From positions 6,352 through 70,351 of the forward strand of contig JBMYYH010000001.1 of NCBI GenBank assembly GCA_049609225.1: 64,000 bases of DNA. Reading direction: 5' to 3'. This DNA is from Planctomycetota bacterium (GTDB taxonomy: Bacteria; Planctomycetota; UBA1135). The translations under genes were made by a program, and so were the position numbers. This document shows, one piece after another, positions 1 through 8,217 of this stretch (positions within the stretch are counted from its first letter, which is position 1; each line of letters opens with the position of its first letter). The notes beneath the pieces are model-generated. The model made no database searches. It worked only from the letters and a program-made list of their open reading frames with translations, and had not been told where the DNA came from.

Positions 1-486
1 CATGCTGCCGTCTTACATGGTTTCCTGACGGTGCTGTTGAGCCGCAATGTCAATATGGTCAACGCAATGTCGATCGCGCAGGAGAATGGTTATCGCATCA
101 TCGAGGTGCAAGGCAATGACACCGTGGGCTTCGCGGGTCTTCTGAAGGTGCGGGTGGAGGCCGGTGGTCGTGATCATGTGATCGGCGGTTCCATTATCGG
201 GCACGATAAGCCGAAGTTGGTGCAGGTCGATCGCTTCTACCTCGAGACCCAATTGAAGGATTGGATGTTGTTCATCCGCAACCGCGATCAACCCGGACGC
301 CTTGCGGCCATCACGGCGGAGATCGCCAAGTATGGCCTCAATGTCGCCAACCTCGCCCTCGGTCGCGACGCCGATCAAGACATGGCATTCAACGCCATTC
401 AACTCGATCAGGAACCGCAGGAAGACTTGCGCCACGCACTGCTCGCTCTGGATGGAGTGGAGTGGCTGTGCGGAGTTGAGTTCTAA
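1..486 (+). CDS. serA: D-3-phosphoglycerate dehydrogenase, C-terminal fragment (gene begins upstream of window)
   Basis: Frame 1 is open from nt 1. The translation ...LLSRNVNMVNAMSIAQENGYRIIEV...IRNRDQPGRLAAITAEIAKYGLNVANLALGRD resembles the ASB plus ACT regulatory tail of long-form PGDH. Stop at 484-486. Confidence 0.8.
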   Translation, partial: HAAVLHGFLTVLLSRNVNMVNAMSIAQENGYRIIEVQGNDTVGFAGLLKVRVEAGGRDHVIGGSIIGHDKPKLVQVDRFYLETQLKDWMLFIRNRDQPGRLAAITAEIAKYGLNVANLALGRDADQDMAFNAIQLDQEPQEDLRHALLALDGVEWLCGVEF

Positions 487-504
487 ACGCTTCCGTGCCT
501 TATA

Positions 505-1050
505 GTGGGCGCAGTGCATCCCCACCGCCTGCGCCCTCGCTTCGAACTGAACCTTCCCGTCAGTGGTAAGGATGCTCTGGGTCTGTTGCAGAAGGATCTG
601 GATCGGCCGGATTGCCCCTGCGTCGGCATGGTCGCCGACATCCAACTGCACTTCGACCTGCGCGTGCCCAAACTGGAGCGCCATCTTTGGTCCCCTGCGC
701 TCAGTGGGTATTTTGAGGACCAGGAATCGGGTGGCACGGTGCTGCATGGCCTAATCGGGCCGAACCCCAGCACTTGGACTGCGGTGACCTTCAGTTATCT
801 GGCCCTGTTCACTGGCATCCTTTTCCTCCTCACCCTCGGAGGCGTGCAGTTGTTCCTAGAAAACAGCCCATGGGCCTTGTATGCAGCAGGATTCCTCTTT
901 CTTCTGGTGGGTGTAAACTGGCTCATCGCCCAAGCTGGGCAGAAAATGGCTGCTGAACAGACGGCAACCCTACGCCATTTCCTAGAAGACACCTTTCTCA
1001 TTGGCCCCGAGGAGCACCAACGGACCGACGAGGACCCCTACCACTCTTAA
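505..1050 (+). CDS. hypothetical membrane protein
   Basis: 181-aa ORF with two hydrophobic helices (WTAVTFSYLALFTGILFLLTLGGV and WALYAAGFLFLLVGVNWLIA). No family recognised; start codon uncertain. Confidence 0.5.
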   Translation: MGAVHPHRLRPRFELNLPVSGKDALGLLQKDLDRPDCPCVGMVADIQLHFDLRVPKLERHLWSPALSGYFEDQESGGTVLHGLIGPNPSTWTAVTFSYLALFTGILFLLTLGGVQLFLENSPWALYAAGFLFLLVGVNWLIAQAGQKMAAEQTATLRHFLEDTFLIGPEEHQRTDEDPYHS

Positions 1051-1055
1051 TCTCC

Positions 1056-1679
1056 ATGCCCTCACCTTCGGCCGAAGACCCGACCGAACATCTGCTCGCG
1101 CATGCCCGTAGCGAGACCCCCTCAAGTTCCCAAGCATGGGTTCAATTGTTGGAGCGTTGCGAATCGAAGCTCCGCGTCTTGGCAGAGTTTCGCGTGCGCG
1201 GTGCCTCCGGCGGGCGCCCGCATGATGTGGATGACTTGTTGCAGGAGACTTGGCTTCAGGCCACATCCAAGATCGATGATTTCGAATACCGCGGCACGGG
1301 CAGTCTGCAACGTTGGCTCGCCAGCATCATGCGCTTCAAGATTCTTGAGGGCAATCGTGCTGAGGAGAAGCGACCGCGTCCGGTTTCAGGCTTGGCCGCG
1401 AATCAGGATGACCAGCGATCGCAGTTGTTGGAAGCCTTCACCCGCACGCAACCTGGTGCGTCGTATGACACCCAACGTCGCGAGGCGGAAGTGCGGGTCC
1501 GTGAAGTCCTCGACACCTTGAGTGAAGTGCATCGCGAAGCCTTGCTGCTGAAGATCTATGAAGGCAAGACCGGTGTTGAGGCCGCGCAACAACTCGGCAT
1601 CAGCGAAAGCGCCTTCTCCAAACGGTTCCGTCAGGCCTTGGCAGCCGTCCGCATCCCACTACGCGAGGACGCCTCTTGA
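1056..1679 (+). CDS. ECF-type RNA polymerase sigma-70 factor
   Basis: Region 2 (DDLLQETWLQATSKIDDFEYRGTGSLQRWLASIMRFKILE) and region 4 HTH (REALLLKIYEGKTGVEAAQQLGISESAFSKRFRQAL). Stop TGA 1677-1679 overlaps the TTG start of the next gene. Confidence 0.9.
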   Translation: MPSPSAEDPTEHLLAHARSETPSSSQAWVQLLERCESKLRVLAEFRVRGASGGRPHDVDDLLQETWLQATSKIDDFEYRGTGSLQRWLASIMRFKILEGNRAEEKRPRPVSGLAANQDDQRSQLLEAFTRTQPGASYDTQRREAEVRVREVLDTLSEVHREALLLKIYEGKTGVEAAQQLGISESAFSKRFRQALAAVRIPLREDAS

Positions 1680-4186
1680 GTCTCACTCCGGAAGAACAGG
1701 AAGCACTGGATTTCCTCGACTTCCAGGAGGATGAAGATACGGCCTTACCGGAGATCGGGGAGGACGTCGCTGGTTATCGCATTTTGCGTGAGATCGGCAG
1801 TGGCGGCGGTGGTGTCGTTTTCGAAGCGCTGCAGGTCGAGATCGATCGCCGCGTCGCGGTGAAGATGATCCCGATGCGTCCGCACGAGATGCAGGAAGGT
1901 GATGAAGAGCGGATTCGCCGGGAAGCGCGTCTATTGGCCGCTTTGGAGCATCCTGGGATCATCGAGATCTTCGATTCCGGCGTGATTCCGGGCTATCGCT
2001 GGGTGGCCATGCAATATGTGGCTGGCCCATCCCTGCGAGCCGTCGTGCATGGCGAGGCCGACGACTTCCCACTGCGCGGCACCTCCGCATGGACTCCTTT
2101 CCTTGCAGCCATCCTGCATCAGATCGCGGAAGCCTTGGCGGAAGCGCATAAGCAAGGCGTGCTGCACTTGGATGTCAAACCTTCGAACATCCTGCTCGAA
2201 TCCTCCGAGCGCGCCTACTTGGTGGATTTCGGCATCGCGCGCAGTGACAACGCTGCGCAAGCCGAAAGTCATTTCGCCTTCCGTGGCACTCCGAAATATG
2301 CCGCGCCCGAACAGCTCACCGGTCGGTCCCCATCCCCCGCTTCCGACGTCTACGCTTTCGGTTGCCTGGCCTTCGAAGCCCTGAACGGCGAAGTCCCCTT
2401 CCCGCATGCCAACACCATGCGTGGCCTGCGCGATGTCCAAGTCAAACTCCCGACCTGGACCCACGCGCGCGGCATCTCCAAGGACCTGCTCGCCATCATC
2501 AACCGATGCCTGGAGAAGGATCCGCTCGCCCGCTACCCCGACGCCGACGCCCTCGCTCAAGACCTCGGACGCTTCCTGCGCTTTGAACCGGTGCATGCGA
2601 GTAACCGCAGCTTGCCGTCGCGTCTTTGGTTGCGCATGCGCCTGCGGCCGAAGCAAAGCTTGATGGCTTGCTCCATCCTCATCCTTGCCCTGGTCTCGGC
2701 TTGGCTTGGGGATCGCATGATGGACAATGAGTCGCAGATCATGGAAATGCAGGTCTCCGAGGACCTCGGCACGGCTTATCGCCTGTTCCATGGTTCGGAT
2801 TGGGATGCCTTGGAACTGCATTTCGACTCCCTCGACCTGGAGGATCCTTCGTACAGCAGGATTCTCGCGCTGAAAGCCGATCTGCACCTGGCCCGCGCCG
2901 AATTTCCTGCGGCCTTGGAGGCCTATCAAGAGACCCTCGAAAGCGGCCGTGACCTCCCTGGATCACGCCTTGGCTTGGCCTACCTCGAGTGGAAGCAAAA
3001 CGGCTCCATCGGTGAACCTGCTTGGCCTGAAGTGGATTCCACCGACCTGCGCACCGCTTATCTCGCGATGATCGTGGCCGAGCAGCTGCATGAACCGGAT
3101 CGCGTCTTGGCATATGCCAATCACGCTCTAGCCAAGCACCCGACTTCCCACTTCCTGCTCGACGCCAAGGCCTTCGCATGTAGCTTGACCGGACGTCATT
3201 CGGAAGCGATCAACATCCTGAAGGATTGTTTAGCGATCAAGCCAAGTGGCGCGGATCAAACCGTCCGCCTGCTTCAAAGCCTCAATCATCTGAGCCGGTT
3301 CCGGGAGTCGATCCGCACCGGTGATGCAGCCGTCCTCCGTGGGCAGAACATCTCCGGGATCTTCATCGGTTTGGCGCAAGCGGCGCAGAACATCGGCCGC
3401 CTGGAAGATGCCTGGGATTATGCGCGCGAGGCTCGTCTGCGCATCGCCTCCTTTGAGGATGAGTCCTATGTGCTGCAACTCGAAGCGGCACTGTTACGCT
3501 CCGACGGCAAGCGCAAGGAGGCCATGGTCTTATTGGAGGGCTTGTTGGAACGCGATCCGGAGCATCCGCAATCGATCGCCTCGATGGCACGGTTCCTGTT
3601 GCGTAGCCACGATTTCGAGGAGGCGCAAAAATTGACCGATGCTCTTGCCCGCGTGGATGACTACCGTTGGCAGCTCAAGAGCATGATGCTGCAGATCCGT
3701 ATCCATACCGCCCGCGACGAAACCGACCGCGCTCTGGAGTTGCTCACCACTCCAGAAATGATTCGCTTCGGCAACCGCGCCCGGATCGATCTACTGAAGA
3801 AGGAAAAGGGCCTCGACGTCGCCATCGATGCGGCCTATGAGGCGATTGCCGAAGAACCTGGCGATCTCGGCCTGCAATTGCTGCAGGTAGAGCTGCTGCG
3901 TGATGCAAAACGTCTGCAGGAGGCCCATGACCAGGCCATGAACGCCTTCAGTCTCGATCCCGGCGGCGCCAAGACTTCCTATTGGCTGGCTTCCGTCCTG
4001 TGGAACCGGGGCGACGTCGAGATGGCGCTGAAGCATGCGCGGAATGCCAACGTCGAACGACCCGATTGGAGCCCATCCCTGTACTTGGAGGCGGAATGCC
4101 TCCACTTTCTCGGGGATAAGACACAGGCGGAGGTCCTTTTTGCCCGCGCCGAGGCCTTGGATTCGAAGCGCAAACGGTCCCGCTGA
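1676..4186 (+). CDS. Ser/Thr protein kinase with one TM helix and a C-terminal TPR-like repeat domain
   Basis: Hanks kinase motifs GSGGGGVVFEA, VAVKMI, HLDVKPSNILL, DFGIAR and GTPKYAAPE. TM segment ACSILILALVSAWLG is followed by about 480 aa of helical TPR-like repeats. Confidence 0.9.
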   Translation: MSLTPEEQEALDFLDFQEDEDTALPEIGEDVAGYRILREIGSGGGGVVFEALQVEIDRRVAVKMIPMRPHEMQEGDEERIRREARLLAALEHPGIIEIFDSGVIPGYRWVAMQYVAGPSLRAVVHGEADDFPLRGTSAWTPFLAAILHQIAEALAEAHKQGVLHLDVKPSNILLESSERAYLVDFGIARSDNAAQAESHFAFRGTPKYAAPEQLTGRSPSPASDVYAFGCLAFEALNGEVPFPHANTMRGLRDVQVKLPTWTHARGISKDLLAIINRCLEKDPLARYPDADALAQDLGRFLRFEPVHASNRSLPSRLWLRMRLRPKQSLMACSILILALVSAWLGDRMMDNESQIMEMQVSEDLGTAYRLFHGSDWDALELHFDSLDLEDPSYSRILALKADLHLARAEFPAALEAYQETLESGRDLPGSRLGLAYLEWKQNGSIGEPAWPEVDSTDLRTAYLAMIVAEQLHEPDRVLAYANHALAKHPTSHFLLDAKAFACSLTGRHSEAINILKDCLAIKPSGADQTVRLLQSLNHLSRFRESIRTGDAAVLRGQNISGIFIGLAQAAQNIGRLEDAWDYAREARLRIASFEDESYVLQLEAALLRSDGKRKEAMVLLEGLLERDPEHPQSIASMARFLLRSHDFEEAQKLTDALARVDDYRWQLKSMMLQIRIHTARDETDRALELLTTPEMIRFGNRARIDLLKKEKGLDVAIDAAYEAIAEEPGDLGLQLLQVELLRDAKRLQEAHDQAMNAFSLDPGGAKTSYWLASVLWNRGDVEMALKHARNANVERPDWSPSLYLEAECLHFLGDKTQAEVLFARAEALDSKRKRSR

Positions 4187-4213
4187 GTCTGGCATCGGTA
4201 CAATCTCGTTTCC

Positions 4214-4732
4214 ATGCGTGTCTTCCGACTCCAGGTAAACGGCGATACCGTCGAAGTGGCCGCCCCCGAACACTGGACCTTGCTCGAGGTCCTGCGTTAT
4301 CAGATGGGGCTGACTGGCTCCAAACAAGGCTGCGATAAGGGTGATTGCGGTGCTTGCACCGTGCTGGTCAACGGCACTCCGGAGCTGGCCTGCCTGAGCC
4401 TGGCCGCGACCGCAGAGGGCAAGGAGATCACCACCATCGAGGGCTTGAAGCCTGCCCACCTGGCCGACGGCGGCGAAGGTGCGGATCCAGTGCAAGATGC
4501 CTTCGATCGTTGCGGCGCTCTGCAATGTGGTTTTTGCCAGCCCGGCATGATCCTTTCGGCCAAGGCCCTGCTCACGCGCAACCCTGACCCAAGCGCCGAA
4601 GAGATCAAGGATTCCCTGGCCGGCAACCTGTGTCGTTGCACCGGCTACACCCAGATCTATGAAGCGGTGGTCCTCGCGGCGAAGGAGCAAATGGCTTCCG
4701 GCGCCGGCGCAGCCCAGAGGGAGCAAGTCTGA
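4214..4732 (+). CDS. xanthine dehydrogenase-family (2Fe-2S)-binding small subunit (HcrC/CoxS-like)
   Basis: Two [2Fe-2S] Cys motifs: CDKGDCGACTV and CGFCQPG...CRCTGY. Its stop overlaps the next start (TGATG at 4730-4734). Confidence 0.9.
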   Translation: MRVFRLQVNGDTVEVAAPEHWTLLEVLRYQMGLTGSKQGCDKGDCGACTVLVNGTPELACLSLAATAEGKEITTIEGLKPAHLADGGEGADPVQDAFDRCGALQCGFCQPGMILSAKALLTRNPDPSAEEIKDSLAGNLCRCTGYTQIYEAVVLAAKEQMASGAGAAQREQV

Positions 4733-7062
4733 TGGCAGCACGCGACCAACATGGTTCGGAGGCACCCTGGGATCAGGGTTTCCGCGTCGTCGGGCATGGC
4801 AATCGCAAGGTGGATGGCCTGGCCAAGGCCACCGGCGAGGCCGTGTACACCGATGACATCCAACTGCCCGGCATGCTGCACGCGAAGACTTTGCGTTCGC
4901 CGCACGCGCATGCACGGATTGTGTCGATCGACACTTCCAAGGCAGAGGCCCTGCCGGGTGTCTTGGGTGTGCTCGTGGGTTCGGAGATGCCGATCAAGTA
5001 CGGCGTGATCCCTTGGACCCCGGATGAGAATGCGCTCGCCACCGACAAGGTCCGTTTCATCGGCGATGAAGTGGCTGCCGTCGCGGCGGTTGATGAGGAT
5101 ACGGCGAATGAAGCCGTCGAACTGATCGAGGTCGAGTATGAAGTGCTCGATGCGATCCTGGAACCGGAGCAGGCCTTGGTTACTCCGGAACCGCCGATTC
5201 ATGAGGACCGTAAGCGTCGCGACAACATCTCCAAGCATGTGGACTTGGAGTTCGGCGATGTCGAAGCGCAAGTCGCAACGGCCGACGTGGTGGTGGAAGA
5301 TGACTACTCTTTCCACAGCACCAGTCATACACCGATTGAGCCGCATTGCGCGGTTGCACAATTGGGTGCCGATGGGCGCCTGACCTTGTGGTCCTCCACG
5401 CAGATCACGCACTATGTGCATCGTGCCCTGGCACGCGTGTTGGAGATGGAGCCGGCTAAGATCCGCGTCATCCAGCCTTGTTTGGGCGGTGGCTTCGGCG
5501 GCAAGTCGGATCCCTTCGCTCTGGAGTTCATCGTCGCGCAGTTGGCGCGCAAGACCGGACGTCCGGTCAAGATGCTGTGGACCCGCGAAGAAGTGTTCTA
5601 TGCGCATCGCGGGCGTCACCCGATGAAGATGCATTACCGCACCACGGCCAAGGCAGATGGCATGATCACTGGCGTCGATGCGAAGCTGTTGATCGATGGC
5701 GGTAGCTACTCCAGCTTCGGCCTGGTGACCACCTACTACTCCGGTCAGTTATTGACTGGACCGTACTCCTTCCCGAACTACCGTTTCGACAGCACGCGGG
5801 TGTTCACCAACAAGCCGCCGAATGGACCGAAGCGTGGACATGGTTCGGTGCAGCCGCGTTTCGCATTCGAAGTGCAGTTGGATGAGATCGCGACCAAGCT
5901 TGGCGTCGATCCGATCGAGATCCGCCGACGCAATTACCTTGGCGAGCATACGCATACCGTGAATGGGCAGCGGATCACGTCGAATGGCTTCCTGCAGTGC
6001 CTGGAGGAAGTGGAGAGCGCGAGTGATTGGAAGACGCGGCACGGCAAGTTGCCGGAAGGCCGCGGACTAGGTGTGGCCGGATCGATGTACATCTCCGGCA
6101 CCAACTATCCGGTCTACCCGAACAAGATGCCGCAAGCTGGCGTGCAGTTGAAGATCGACCGCAGTGGTCTGGTCACGGTGTTCACCGGCGGCAACGACAT
6201 CGGTCAGGGATCCAACTCGATGGTGGCTTACCTCGTCGCTGAGGAGTTGGGCATTCGACCCGAAAGCATCAAGGTAATCGCCGCGGATACGGATCTGTGC
6301 CCGGTGGACCTCGGGGCCTACTCCAGTCGCGTCACCTTCATGGTCGGCAATGCCGCGATCGACGGCGCCCGCAAGTTGCGTCATCAGATCGTGGAAGCCG
6401 TCGCGCGCCACTGGGAAGTGGAGCAACGCGATGTTCGTCTGATGGACGGCACCGTGGTCGACCTGAGTGATGCCGCGCGGTCGATGGATCATGTCGAGGC
6501 TTTCCACCTGGCGGAAGAGATGTTCGACACACTCGGCTCCACCGGTAGCTACAACACCCCGACTTTGGGTGGGGATTATCGCGGCGGCACCATCGGTGCT
6601 TCGCCGGCGTATTCCTTCACCGCGCATGTGGCCGATGTCGATGTCTGCACGGAAACCGGGCGCATTACCGTCAACAAGGTTTGGGTCGCGCATGACTGCG
6701 GTCGTGCCCTCAACCCGACCATCGTGCGCGGGCAGATGGAAGGCTCCACCTACATGGGTGCGGCCGAAGTCGTGCTCGAAAGCCATCACCTGAACCGATT
6801 TGGCCTGCATGCCGGGCCGTCCCTGCTCGACTATCGCATTCCGACTTCGGTGGACACGCCGGACCTGGAAGCGCGCATCGTCGAGAGCATCGATCCGGAA
6901 GGTCCGTTCGGGGCGAAGGAAGCGGGTGAAGGTCCGCTGCACTCCACCATCCCGGCGATCGCCAATGCGGTTTTTGATGCGGTCGGCATTCGCCTTCGTC
7001 ACCTACCGTTCACCCCCGCCAAGGTGCTTGCTGCCTTGCGCGCCAAGGAGGAGCAGGCCTGA
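4732..7062 (+). CDS. xanthine dehydrogenase-family molybdopterin-binding large subunit (HcrA-like)
   Basis: 776 aa with the family motifs CLGGGFGGKSD and FGAKEAGEGPL (catalytic Glu loop). Translationally coupled to both flanking subunit genes. Confidence 0.9.
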   Translation: MAARDQHGSEAPWDQGFRVVGHGNRKVDGLAKATGEAVYTDDIQLPGMLHAKTLRSPHAHARIVSIDTSKAEALPGVLGVLVGSEMPIKYGVIPWTPDENALATDKVRFIGDEVAAVAAVDEDTANEAVELIEVEYEVLDAILEPEQALVTPEPPIHEDRKRRDNISKHVDLEFGDVEAQVATADVVVEDDYSFHSTSHTPIEPHCAVAQLGADGRLTLWSSTQITHYVHRALARVLEMEPAKIRVIQPCLGGGFGGKSDPFALEFIVAQLARKTGRPVKMLWTREEVFYAHRGRHPMKMHYRTTAKADGMITGVDAKLLIDGGSYSSFGLVTTYYSGQLLTGPYSFPNYRFDSTRVFTNKPPNGPKRGHGSVQPRFAFEVQLDEIATKLGVDPIEIRRRNYLGEHTHTVNGQRITSNGFLQCLEEVESASDWKTRHGKLPEGRGLGVAGSMYISGTNYPVYPNKMPQAGVQLKIDRSGLVTVFTGGNDIGQGSNSMVAYLVAEELGIRPESIKVIAADTDLCPVDLGAYSSRVTFMVGNAAIDGARKLRHQIVEAVARHWEVEQRDVRLMDGTVVDLSDAARSMDHVEAFHLAEEMFDTLGSTGSYNTPTLGGDYRGGTIGASPAYSFTAHVADVDVCTETGRITVNKVWVAHDCGRALNPTIVRGQMEGSTYMGAAEVVLESHHLNRFGLHAGPSLLDYRIPTSVDTPDLEARIVESIDPEGPFGAKEAGEGPLHSTIPAIANAVFDAVGIRLRHLPFTPAKVLAALRAKEEQA

Positions 7063-8084
7063 TGCTGCGTCTACCGAAGTTCGAAGTGAAGAACCCGACC
7101 ACCGTGGAAGATGCGGTGGCCATGATGCACGAGATCGATGGTGAGGCGCGTTTCCTCGCCGGCGGCACCGACTTGAACCCGAACATGAAGCACAAGCTGT
7201 TCGAGCCGGAACGCGTCGTTGCGCTGAACGGGATCGGAGAGTTGAGCGGCGTGGAAATGGGCACGGATGGCAGCGTGCGCATCGGCGCGATGACCACGCT
7301 GACGACAGTGGCGGAACATCCGCAACTGCAAGGAGCCTTTGCGGCCTTGAGTCAGGCTGCACGCCTGGTCAGCGGGCCGCAACTGCGCAACATGGGCACG
7401 CTTGGCGGCAACGTCATGCTCGACACCCGTTGCCAGTGGTACAACCAGACCTACTTCTGGCGCAAGTCGCTCGGCTGGTGCATGAAGAAGGATGGCACCA
7501 AGTGTCATGTGGTCGAAGGTGGTTCGAAGTGCGTGGCCGCAGCCTCCAACGACACCGCCCCCGCCTTGATGACTTTGGGTGCGGAGCTTGAGTTCGCCAA
7601 TGCAGAGGGGCGTCATCGCATGGCGATCGCTGACTTCTGGCAGGCAGATGGCATCTGGAACAAGAAGGTTCCGCATACCGACCTGCTCGTGGCGATTCAC
7701 TTGCCTGCTCCTTCCGCGCATCAGCGTGGCGCCTACGGCAAGTTGCGCGATCGTGGATCGATCGACTTCCCGCTGTTCGGCATCGCCGTACGTTTGGATT
7801 GCGATGAGGCTGGCACGATCACCGAAGCAGGTGTTTGTGCGGTTGCCCTGCAAGCACGTCCGTGGCCGTTGAAAAAGGCTGCGGCACTTCTCATCGGCAC
7901 CAAGCCGGGGGAAGAGGCCTACACCGAGGCGGTGGAACAAGTCGCAGCACTTGCGGCCAAGCAGTGTCGCCCGATGCCCAATGTGCCTGGCGATCATGAG
8001 TACCGTCACGCGATGGTGCCGGTCTACACACGGCGCACGCTAATGGCTGCTGGTGCCGGCGAAGGGCCGGTGCACCACATTTAA
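7062..8084 (+). CDS. xanthine dehydrogenase-family FAD-binding medium subunit with an extra four-Cys loop (HcrB-like)
   Basis: FAD-binding motif FLAGGTDL. Insertion CQWYNQTYFWRKSLGWCMKKDGTKCHVVEGGSKC places Cys at residues 124, 140, 148 and 157 (nt 7431-7532). Confidence 0.85.
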   Translation: MLRLPKFEVKNPTTVEDAVAMMHEIDGEARFLAGGTDLNPNMKHKLFEPERVVALNGIGELSGVEMGTDGSVRIGAMTTLTTVAEHPQLQGAFAALSQAARLVSGPQLRNMGTLGGNVMLDTRCQWYNQTYFWRKSLGWCMKKDGTKCHVVEGGSKCVAAASNDTAPALMTLGAELEFANAEGRHRMAIADFWQADGIWNKKVPHTDLLVAIHLPAPSAHQRGAYGKLRDRGSIDFPLFGIAVRLDCDEAGTITEAGVCAVALQARPWPLKKAAALLIGTKPGEEAYTEAVEQVAALAAKQCRPMPNVPGDHEYRHAMVPVYTRRTLMAAGAGEGPVHHI

Positions 8085-8217
8085 GGACTTAGGCGCCTTT
8101 GGACGGCATTCGTCGGGAAATTTCCGGCGGAAATGCCCCGAAATCCCGGTTTTTACTCATCCGTGAGCTATGCTTGGAGGGGTACCCCTGTTCCCTAATT
8201 CCTTTTAGGACCCCTCC

